Of a DNA stretch of 40,972 nucleotides, positions 8,885 through 16,924 are shown piece after piece. Origin of the DNA: Candidatus Peregrinibacteria bacterium CG_4_10_14_0_2_um_filter_43_11 (lineage in GTDB: Bacteria; Patescibacteriota; Gracilibacteria; UM-FILTER-43-11); the NCBI GenBank assembly GCA_002792495.1, contig PFOK01000062.1, positions 1 through 40,972 on the forward strand, read 5' to 3'. Position 1 is the first letter of the stretch. Each line of letters starts with the position of its first letter. The notes beneath the pieces are model-generated. The model was not told where the DNA came from. It did not search any database and worked only from the letters and a program-made list of their open reading frames with translations. Both the position numbers and the translations under genes were made by a program.

Positions 8885-8978
8885 TTTTTTGGCAACTTAT
8901 AGTGTTGATATTATTTTTTGGAAACTTTCGGGCATTATTTTAGGGGATTTATAAAAAATGGGCAACCTTATTCATGTA

Positions 8979-11900
8979 TTATCGTATCACTTCAGTGGAT
9001 TTTTGTTCGCTGTTCACACTGAATCCCGGTGGAGGCGTGCGATGGTCGGGTTCAATGAAGAAGGCATCTAACGATTTGGATTGTATTTTATCTATTTTCC
9101 CTTCCGGAGTGAGGGTGACTGTTGTTTGGAGAGGGCCAACAGAACAGATATCGCTTTCGCAAATTCCTCCTCCGCTGAACCGGCTGCCGCTTTCGGCAAG
9201 ATCACCCGACACATTGAATCGCCTGATGAAATCCATGTCATAGCGCTGAGCACATTCGTATTGAGTCGCCTTCCCGCACGACACGCCTTCGGGGATGATT
9301 TTATTTTTGGTTCCCCCAATCGTATTGCGAGAAGCTATATTGCCTTGCCAGTACAGTTGGTTTTTAAGTTCCTGGGAGTTCAGATTGTTTTCTCCATAAT
9401 AATAATCGGTGCCGTTAGGAGAGCTCATTAAACTTCCTTCGGCAAACACCATGCCCGCCAGATTTGTTGGATTGGAATCAATAAAAATATTGGCTCCTTC
9501 TCCCCGGTCTTTGAGCAGAATAATGCCGAAGCTGTGGCCTTCACTTTCGTAAGCAATGTTGTTTTTGATGACTAAATTCAATCCTCCTTTTAGGATGAGT
9601 GTCAGGCGATAGCCATCCGGGATCTGAATTGTTTTGTCCGACCCGTCTCCCAAAATGAGAGATTGCGTGGAATCACCTTCGTAAAAAAGAACAACCGTTT
9701 TTTCATTTTCATCGGTTTTGACACACGATCCGGATGTTTTGAACGTCCAGTGATTTCCTTTGGCGCGCAAAGGGGACATGCCGGCTGTACAAGAGGGGAG
9801 ATTCAGGGTTATTTGAGAAACATTTCGGCGCATTTGTTCACTCAGCTTCTGCAGGCCTGTGACATTGACCACATCCAGGTTTTTTCCATCGTCATAAATG
9901 GTTTCTCCCGAGCCTATCCCCGTGAAGTTCACTCCGGTCATTTTTACTTTTGTACCGGAAACCAAATTGGCTGTCGGTTTATAAATCGTGAACTGAGGTT
10001 GGTCCGGAAAACGATAAGTGATGATCTGATGAATGTTCAGATTTAGAGAATCACTATTAAAATTAGGAGGGGTAAACAGAAAAGCGGGTGTGAACCCGAT
10101 GGTTTGTTTTGACGCTAAACTGCCTGCTCCAATGGCCATCGGTGTCGGGTCATTGCGATCGATGTGATTTTTGGGGATGTCATAAATCGCATCCACTTCA
10201 TAGCTACCATCTATTTCTAAAACAGAAGGCTCAACATCGTTTTTTAAAATGGAGTAGCTATTGTGAAATAGGCTGGTGAGTTCCGTTATTGCGCTTGAAT
10301 CTGACCATTCACCTGAAAAATTTTCATAATGTGCTCCGGAAAGCGGGGGAGCGGGAGGCAACCATCCCCATACTAAGTCGGAACTGAGCGCGTGCTGAAT
10401 TTTTTGAGTCTCGAGTAATGCCGCACCCGATCCCGTGAATTCAAAAACGGTGTCATAATCGATTGAATCCAAAATCGCATTGATGCTTTTATTTTTGAAA
10501 TCAAATTCCAGCTGAGCCGGTGTTCCATCGATGACTTCACCGGTCAATCCTCCTGTTTTGATTTGACCGTTGAAAGCGATCAATCCCGGTTCGAATGAAA
10601 GGAGGGATTGATTGCCGGTGTTTTCGAAAAGATCGTTGATTTTTTTGGCGGATATCGGTTTTTGATTGATGCTGACAGCAGGAATTTCATCTTCCTGTAT
10701 ATCGATTTTAAACCCCTTGAATTCTATTGTATTGTTTTGTGTCGTCGGCGCAAAAGAAGTGATATGAACCGGATATGCTTCTGATTCCGGAATAATACCG
10801 AGGCTACTTGTTTCGCCCGGTGTGTCCAAAAAAGATTGATTGACCTTTACGGGAGAGCCGGGAGTGTTGTAAACCGAATCGTAACGCATTTGATTTTTAA
10901 AAAGTCCGTTGATCGTTATTTTACGTTTTGGACAAGTGGCGCAATCGATGGCGACAATGGGGTTTTTGGCAATGTCGTTTAGTGCCAAGTTGTAAGTGAT
11001 CGGGTCTTTTCCATCGGCAACCCCGTTGTTTTTTGTGAAACTGATTTTGGATTTGTCTTTGTTGTAACTTCCTGCTCGGACAAAAAAATGAATGGGAGGG
11101 GAATAGCCCTGATCGCCGCTTGGCGTTCCTCCGATGGTGAGCTTCATTCCCGCTTTGTTGATGATGCTACCGGTTAATGTGTATTGGCAGTATCCCAGTG
11201 GAGGCTTTTTGATAAGCCCGATCATGGATATGCTTGCGGAGATCAATTTTTGATCAAAACCCAGGCTGATCATTCCAGGGGCATTGCATGCCGCAAAGTT
11301 GTTTCCGGGTTCTTTTTCCACGGTAATAAAAGAATCGTTACGGATCCCTGATTCGGGATCATCGGCTAGCTCCGCCCATGTGATGGTTCCTATTTCACTT
11401 TCGTTTAAAAACCACGCGTTTTCTTTTGCCAAAAGAACAGGGGGGGTTAAATCTGGAATCCAATCGGTGGAAGTGCCAAACGCGATGGTGTCTTCTTTCC
11501 CTTTTTCAAACTTGATCCATCCGAGTGTTTTACTCCACGCGTAACCGTGAAACATCTGTCCGTTTCCGTCCGGGTTTGGCCCCACCCACACCCCCCAGTC
11601 GTCTTGTGTTTGATTGGCGGTTCCGGTGGTTGTTCCCGCGGAGGACGCACTTAATTTGATCCAGCCGGCGTACTCACTCCAAAAATATCCGGTCAGCCTT
11701 CCGTTGAATTGAATCCGCGCGAAATCCGATTCAGGAAAGTCTACTTTAGTCAAAGCGTTTTGAATTTGCTGACCTTCCAAAATTGTCCATCCTATTTTGT
11801 CGTTCCACAAAAATCCGGTGAGTGGGCAATAATCAGACCCGCACTTGCCCTTGTCATTAAAGTCATAAATATTGGAAGTGAATGCGGAAGACCCCTGTTT

Positions 11901-12095
11901 TGCAGAATCGCCGGCATAAAAATCATTCTGAGTGCCTTCATACCCTTCGGGACGTATCGCCGTTACATAATCAAAATGCAATAAGCCTATCTTTTCCGCG
12001 TAAGCGGTGCCCGTGATGGGTGCTTTGGCATAGCTGACATTCGCGAATGCCATTGTGCTTAAAAACCCGATGAGAAGCCATTGTTTTAATTTCAT
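8979..12095 (-). CDS. Large secreted/surface protein (1038 aa) with N-terminal G-[YF]-x-W-x(4)-GW repeats; function unknown
   Basis: The signal peptide is MKLKQWLLIGFLSTMAFANVSYA. Repeats are TGTAYAEKIGLLHF, TGFLWNDKIGWTIL, TGYFWSEYAGWIKL and HGYAWSKTLGWIKF. The remainder is long, Gly/Thr/Asn-rich and probably beta-rich. The ATG overlaps the stop of the upstream gene (ATGA at 12092-12095). Confidence 0.8.
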   Translation of the reverse strand: MKLKQWLLIGFLSTMAFANVSYAKAPITGTAYAEKIGLLHFDYVTAIRPEGYEGTQNDFYAGDSAKQGSSAFTSNIYDFNDKGKCGSDYCPLTGFLWNDKIGWTILEGQQIQNALTKVDFPESDFARIQFNGRLTGYFWSEYAGWIKLSASSAGTTTGTANQTQDDWGVWVGPNPDGNGQMFHGYAWSKTLGWIKFEKGKEDTIAFGTSTDWIPDLTPPVLLAKENAWFLNESEIGTITWAELADDPESGIRNDSFITVEKEPGNNFAACNAPGMISLGFDQKLISASISMIGLIKKPPLGYCQYTLTGSIINKAGMKLTIGGTPSGDQGYSPPIHFFVRAGSYNKDKSKISFTKNNGVADGKDPITYNLALNDIAKNPIVAIDCATCPKRKITINGLFKNQMRYDSVYNTPGSPVKVNQSFLDTPGETSSLGIIPESEAYPVHITSFAPTTQNNTIEFKGFKIDIQEDEIPAVSINQKPISAKKINDLFENTGNQSLLSFEPGLIAFNGQIKTGGLTGEVIDGTPAQLEFDFKNKSINAILDSIDYDTVFEFTGSGAALLETQKIQHALSSDLVWGWLPPAPPLSGAHYENFSGEWSDSSAITELTSLFHNSYSILKNDVEPSVLEIDGSYEVDAIYDIPKNHIDRNDPTPMAIGAGSLASKQTIGFTPAFLFTPPNFNSDSLNLNIHQIITYRFPDQPQFTIYKPTANLVSGTKVKMTGVNFTGIGSGETIYDDGKNLDVVNVTGLQKLSEQMRRNVSQITLNLPSCTAGMSPLRAKGNHWTFKTSGSCVKTDENEKTVVLFYEGDSTQSLILGDGSDKTIQIPDGYRLTLILKGGLNLVIKNNIAYESEGHSFGIILLKDRGEGANIFIDSNPTNLAGMVFAEGSLMSSPNGTDYYYGENNLNSQELKNQLYWQGNIASRNTIGGTKNKIIPEGVSCGKATQYECAQRYDMDFIRRFNVSGDLAESGSRFSGGGICESDICSVGPLQTTVTLTPEGKIDKIQSKSLDAFFIEPDHRTPPPGFSVNSEQKSTEVIR

Positions 12096-13105
12096 TGGAG
12101 ATGATTGATACAGCTATTTTTTAAAGAGAGGGTGGTGATTTTTTCACACGAAGCGATGTCTTTTTTGGCGATGGCCTGCTTTAAATAGAAACGATTCAGA
12201 TTTTCGCCCTGAACCTGCAGACATTCGCTTCTTTTCTGATCATTCTGAATCGTGCCACAATAATTCAAATCCTTTTTCTCAAGGGTTAAATCAAAGTTGA
12301 CTTCGTCCCGGCAGTTCTTTTTTTCTTCGCCTTCTAACGATTCGCAGTCGTTCAGCAGTTCCGGGCTACTTTTGCCGACCTGGGGCATTTGTTCTTTATC
12401 AAACTCGGTCACTTTGATGTTTTGGGTCACTGTTTGATTACAATTTTCTTTTAGGGCGCTATTTGTGATTTCATCACAGAATTTTGAGTTCAGTGTTTCG
12501 ATGCCACTTGAAAAAGAAGTGTTGTCCAGACAGCCTTTTTTAAGAATCGAATCCTGAATGCTCTCGCACCGGGTTTTGTTTTTTGGAGTGTAGGTGAACA
12601 TGGCGCCGATTCGGTCTGTACAATTTTGTCGCAAAGCCGGCTCCATGATCTTTTGGCATATTCCCATGTCTATTTCACTGATCGCACGATTATAATAAAC
12701 CTGATTGAAGCACGTTTCGTGCTGCGTGGTGTTTTTTAAGATGGCGCATGTGTTTTCGTTTTCTTCTTTAATCGCCAACGCAAACCATGTGTTTTCGATG
12801 CAGTTTTGTTTGAGTTCGCTATCAAATTCAATGGTTTCACAGGCTTCCGGAGTTCCCTGCCTGAGTGCTTCATTCAAACGGACATTGTCCCGCTCTCTTT
12901 TTTCCTCTTCGGTCAGCTCAGGAGTCGCGAATTTTTTTCCATCTTTTTTTTCGGATTCACTTGTGGTCTGTTTTTCACTTGGAATGTTTTTTTGACTATG
13001 GCTTTGCAAAAATAACAGCACTCCGAATATCATCATGATCACTATAAAAAAGATGATCCAGCTCAGTATTCCTCCTTTTTGGTTTATTCTTGATTTTTTT
13101 CGCAT
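12092..13105 (-). CDS. N-terminally membrane-anchored protein with eight Cys-x(11-12)-Cys repeats; function unknown
   Basis: A TM anchor (ILSWIIFFIVIMMIFGVLLFL) and a charged linker are followed by 16 Cys residues in 8 regularly spaced pairs, for example ACETIEFDSELKQNC, TCAILKNTTQHETC, ICQKIMEPALRQNC and SCEKITTLSLKNSC. Confidence 0.75.
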   Translation of the reverse strand: MRKKSRINQKGGILSWIIFFIVIMMIFGVLLFLQSHSQKNIPSEKQTTSESEKKDGKKFATPELTEEEKRERDNVRLNEALRQGTPEACETIEFDSELKQNCIENTWFALAIKEENENTCAILKNTTQHETCFNQVYYNRAISEIDMGICQKIMEPALRQNCTDRIGAMFTYTPKNKTRCESIQDSILKKGCLDNTSFSSGIETLNSKFCDEITNSALKENCNQTVTQNIKVTEFDKEQMPQVGKSSPELLNDCESLEGEEKKNCRDEVNFDLTLEKKDLNYCGTIQNDQKRSECLQVQGENLNRFYLKQAIAKKDIASCEKITTLSLKNSCINHLQ

Positions 13106-13113
13106 TTCAACAC

Positions 13114-14592
13114 TTAAAAATTAAAGATGAGTAAAACGAATAATCCGTATCCAAAAAAGAACAGAAAAAGAGAGCCGATGAAATTTTGTCGGAACGACCG
13201 GTTTTTGATTTTTAAAATCAAGTGACTGAGCAACAGAAATAAGGTGATGTTGATGATGAGAGGGGATTCCAGGGTTTTGAGCACAAAAGTGCCGGGGAGT
13301 CCTATGTTTTTTTCGATTGAAAAATCCACCAGAAAGAAGTAGATGATGTAAAAAAACAGCAACCAGCTTACAAAGCTATCCACTTCCACAAAAAATTCCG
13401 TAAAATCATGTCGTTTTTTTGGGGGTCTTTGAGGTGTTTCCTGTTCTGCTTTCTGCCCTGTTTCCTCCCGTAGGGGCGTGTCACTTTCTTTTAAGTTTAT
13501 TCCGAGTGTCTTTTTTTCTCTCCATTGCTTCCATAGCTGTATCAATTCCTCTTTTCGTTTGGATTTAATGATCTTGCCGGCCGATAAATAACTCCTTAAT
13601 TTTTTGAGTATTTCAATCCATTTTGGTGATCCCCCTGAGGAAGTGGGAGCGTTTTTGGTGTCCAATTCTTCAATAACCGCTTTTATTCCCGCCTGTTCTT
13701 TGGATAATTTTTGAGCGAGGACGGTGCCTTCGTGTTGCAAGGAAGAGATAGTTTGCCTGCCTTTTAAAAGTCCGAATTGTTTTTTGATCCGATTGAATAT
13801 TCCTTTTATCTGCCCCGCTTTTTCGTTGGCTGGGGGCTGTTGAAAAATGTCATTGCCCGTATCCATCTCTTCGATCGGTGCAATGTCGTTTGCGTAAGAT
13901 GTTTTGCTGACATCGTATTCCTCCGGGTTTTTGGGGTTCTGAATGAGCTCCAGCAAGGTACGGCTGACTTCCGCGATGTGCTTTGCATTGTTGCTCGTGC
14001 GGATTCTTTCCAGTTCATCGATTTTTCTTTTCATTTCGTTCATTTGCTCCGCGCTGAACAAAAGGCCATGCGTGCTGATGATCTTTTTGGTGATTTCGAT
14101 TATTTTATCGATTTCGGACACCAGTGCCGGGTTGTTTTCGCTTTCCTCTTTCTCCATATATTCCGTTTTTTCCCGCGGGGTGGCCGTTTTTTCTTCTTTG
14201 AATTGTTTTTCGAATAAAATCAATTTCTGTTCACTGCCTTTGATTTCCGCTTCATTCGCTTTTTCCGGATAGAGCGCGAAAACATTGAATTGATATTCCG
14301 TTTTTAATCGTTTGTAAGCTTCGTAATCGTTTTTCGCGTCAATCGTCCCCTCAATGGATTTTTTATCGTGATCGCTTGCTCTGAAGAAAAAGGTTTGAAT
14401 GCCTTCCTGTTTCTTTGATTTTTCTTCCGTTGTTTTTTTGCTGCGGTATTCTTCTTCCGAAATCTCGTCTATAGCAATAATCGAAAGCTGCATTTTATGC
14501 AATTCTTCCTGGGCGTCGTTCAGGGATAGGGCTTCGAGAGCACCATCGACTTTTTGACTGTTCTGTGTGAGGGCGGTGTATTTAAATTTCAT
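13114..14592 (-). CDS. Membrane protein with two tandem PilC/GspF-N-terminus-like repeats, a long charged coiled region and 3 C-terminal TM helices
   Basis: The ORF track gives 13114..14649. I prefer the ATG at 14592 (MKFKYTALTQ...) because a TGCTAAAAT extended -10 (14630-14638, minus strand) overlaps the upstream ATG. The two motifs are FKYTALTQNSQKVDGALEALSLNDAQEELHKMQLSIIAI and FFFRASDHDKKSIEGTIDAKNDYEAYKRLKTEYQFNVFAL. Confidence 0.7.
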   Translation of the reverse strand: MKFKYTALTQNSQKVDGALEALSLNDAQEELHKMQLSIIAIDEISEEEYRSKKTTEEKSKKQEGIQTFFFRASDHDKKSIEGTIDAKNDYEAYKRLKTEYQFNVFALYPEKANEAEIKGSEQKLILFEKQFKEEKTATPREKTEYMEKEESENNPALVSEIDKIIEITKKIISTHGLLFSAEQMNEMKRKIDELERIRTSNNAKHIAEVSRTLLELIQNPKNPEEYDVSKTSYANDIAPIEEMDTGNDIFQQPPANEKAGQIKGIFNRIKKQFGLLKGRQTISSLQHEGTVLAQKLSKEQAGIKAVIEELDTKNAPTSSGGSPKWIEILKKLRSYLSAGKIIKSKRKEELIQLWKQWREKKTLGINLKESDTPLREETGQKAEQETPQRPPKKRHDFTEFFVEVDSFVSWLLFFYIIYFFLVDFSIEKNIGLPGTFVLKTLESPLIINITLFLLLSHLILKIKNRSFRQNFIGSLFLFFFGYGLFVLLIFNF

Positions 14593-14738
14593 TTTAGTCT
14601 GACTTTTGTTTGTGTCTTCATTTTGATTTATTTTAGCATGAATAATCAAATAGCAAAATCAAGAAAATGACGAAACCGGATTATGCTCCCGGTTGTTTTT
14701 GAGATATATTGTTTGTAAGTTTATTATTGAATGATTCT

Positions 14739-16919
14739 ATGAAATACGCGTCGATTATTGTTTTTAAAAAAGGAGGGGAGTTCACCGATGTTTTGACCTA
14801 TGGTATTCCATCGGCATTGGAGCCGGAATGTGAACCCGGGCAATTTGTTCGCATTCCCTTTCGCAACCGCTTGGAGCGGGGGATTATTGTTGCTGTCACC
14901 GATCAGCCTTCTTTGGACTTTTCCCCCGAAAAGCTCAAATCCATTGAATCTGTCATTTCCGGGTTTCGGCTTTTTGCGCATCAAATAGAATTGGCTCATT
15001 TCATTGCCACTTATTATCACACACATTTAACGCGGGCTTTGCGCCTGATGATTCCCAAGGTGATTTGGGAGGGGCGTTTTAAAATTCCCGAACAGGTTTC
15101 TTATTCCTTGATTGCGACAGAGGAGTCGCTTCGCGGTGCCAAACAAATAGCCGTTTGTGATGTGTTGAAAGCGCATTCGGGGTATATGCCGGAATTTCTG
15201 TTGAAGCAAAAAGTTCCCGGTGTTACCGGCACTACACTCAGCACGCTTGTAAAACGCGGGGTGATACAAAAAGCAATGAAACCGGCTTATTTGCCTTATT
15301 CTCAGGATTCTTCGATCTCTGAGCTTTTGCTTAAAACCTTGACCCCTGAGCAAGAGGAAGCTTTTAAAACCATTCAAACCGCTTTCAAGCCCGTGCTTTT
15401 GCATGGCGTGACCGGATCCGGAAAAACAGAAGTCTATTTACGGGTGATTTTGGAAGCGATTGAGCAGGGTAAACAGGCGATTTTACTTGTTCCGGAAATC
15501 GCTTTAACGCCTCAGATGATCGATTATTTTCGCGGGATTTTCGGCGAGCGCATCGCCTTGTTTCATTCCCATTTGAGCGAAGGGGAGCGGGCGACTTCGT
15601 GGTGGAAGGTTTATACGGGGTTTTCCCCTTTGGTGATCGGTTCACGTTCCGCTATTTTCGCCCCCGTTCAAAATCCGGGAGCCGTTATTTTGGATGAAGA
15701 ACATGAATGGACGTATAAGCAGGAGTCGAGCCCTTATTATGAAACGTTTCGGGTGGCCGAACAATTAAAAGCGCAACAGGGTTGCACCTTGATTTTAGGG
15801 AGCGCGACCCCGCGTTTGGAAAGTTATTACAAAGCCAAACAAGAGTTGTATGAATATGTATTATTGAATGATCGCGTGCAACAAACGGCGATGCCCATTA
15901 TTCATACTGTGGATTTGCGCGAAGAGTTCAAGAAAAAGAATTTCAGTATTTTTTCTCTATTGCTTCAGAAGAAAATAAAGGAGCGTTTGGCCGCTCGTGA
16001 GCAAATCATTCTTTTTGTGAATCAGCGGGGGCTTGCCAGGGCGGTCGTTTGCCGGGATTGCGGGTATACCGAGGTTTGTCCCCATTGTGAAATCAGCCTT
16101 AAATACCATCGGTTCGGGGGCTCGGGGCATGTGTTGATTTGCCACTATTGCGGGTTTAAAAAAGATCCGCCGGTCACTTGTCCCACATGTCAGTCGTCTT
16201 ACATCAAATACATGGGGGTCGGCACTCAGCGTGTGGAAGAAGAAATAAAACGCCTGATTCCTTCCGCGCGGGTGATTCGCGCGGATCGCGATACGACAAT
16301 GACCAAAAACAGTTTTGAAAAAATTTACCATTCTTTTTTGAATCATGAATACGATGTTTTGATCGGCACGCAAATGGTGGCCAAAGGGCTTCATTTTTTA
16401 AAAGTCGGTTTGATCGGGATCATTCTGGCGGATGTGGGGTTGCACATTCCGGATTTTCGCAGTCATGAGCGGTTGTTTCAGCTGATCACTCAGGTGGCGG
16501 GGCGTTGTGGCAGAGGGGAAATGGCCGGTGAAGTGGTTTTGCAAACGTATCAGCCCGATCATTTTGCCATCACACACGCGGCACGTTACGAATACAACGC
16601 GTTTGCTGAAAAGGAACTCGGTTATCGGGAGGAACTCCGGTATCCGCCTTTCAGCCGTCTGATCAAATTCACGGTGGTCGGTTCGGATCTTGAAACATTA
16701 AAACGGCACATCCGTGAGGAACAGGAGGTGCTCGAAGATATTTTTACATTGAACAATCTGGCTTTTAAGATCACGAGCGCGCCCGCGATGATTCCCAAAA
16801 TGGCAGACCGTTATTATTATCATGTGCTGGTACGCGGAAAAAACCCGGAGATCATTTTTAATCACTGGCATGTGCCCAAAGGATGGCGTCCGGATATTGA
16901 CCCCATTCATACGGTTTGA
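14739..16919 (+). CDS. priA: Primosomal protein N' (replication restart helicase PriA)
   Basis: Walker A is GVTGSGKTEVYL and the DEAH-like box is LDEEHEW. The zinc-binding Cys cluster is CRDCGY..CPHCE...CHYCGF...CPTCQS. The ORF track opens at TTG 14709; the ATG at 14739 (MKYASIIV) fits a typical PriA N-terminus. Confidence 0.92.
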   Translation: MKYASIIVFKKGGEFTDVLTYGIPSALEPECEPGQFVRIPFRNRLERGIIVAVTDQPSLDFSPEKLKSIESVISGFRLFAHQIELAHFIATYYHTHLTRALRLMIPKVIWEGRFKIPEQVSYSLIATEESLRGAKQIAVCDVLKAHSGYMPEFLLKQKVPGVTGTTLSTLVKRGVIQKAMKPAYLPYSQDSSISELLLKTLTPEQEEAFKTIQTAFKPVLLHGVTGSGKTEVYLRVILEAIEQGKQAILLVPEIALTPQMIDYFRGIFGERIALFHSHLSEGERATSWWKVYTGFSPLVIGSRSAIFAPVQNPGAVILDEEHEWTYKQESSPYYETFRVAEQLKAQQGCTLILGSATPRLESYYKAKQELYEYVLLNDRVQQTAMPIIHTVDLREEFKKKNFSIFSLLLQKKIKERLAAREQIILFVNQRGLARAVVCRDCGYTEVCPHCEISLKYHRFGGSGHVLICHYCGFKKDPPVTCPTCQSSYIKYMGVGTQRVEEEIKRLIPSARVIRADRDTTMTKNSFEKIYHSFLNHEYDVLIGTQMVAKGLHFLKVGLIGIILADVGLHIPDFRSHERLFQLITQVAGRCGRGEMAGEVVLQTYQPDHFAITHAARYEYNAFAEKELGYREELRYPPFSRLIKFTVVGSDLETLKRHIREEQEVLEDIFTLNNLAFKITSAPAMIPKMADRYYYHVLVRGKNPEIIFNHWHVPKGWRPDIDPIHTV

Positions 16920-16924
16920 TTCCG

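Noticed and set aside
13777-14272. Plus-strand ORFs of 146 aa and 109 aa antisense to the 511-aa gene
   Set aside because: They are Phe/Leu/Ser-rich and low in complexity, which is the mirror image of the K/E-rich sense strand. They lie entirely within a gene that belongs to a coupled operon.
14674-14694. Hairpin aaccgg attatgctc ccggtt followed by gttttt, in the priA/envelope-module divergent spacer, as a terminator
   Set aside because: No upstream plus-strand gene exists for it to terminate. The 6-bp stem is short and lies within a divergent promoter region, so at most it is a minor regulatory structure.
15027-16394. Minus-strand ORFs (125, 86 and 145 aa) inside priA
   Set aside because: The priA frame carries unmistakable helicase and Zn-finger motifs, so these are antisense shadows.
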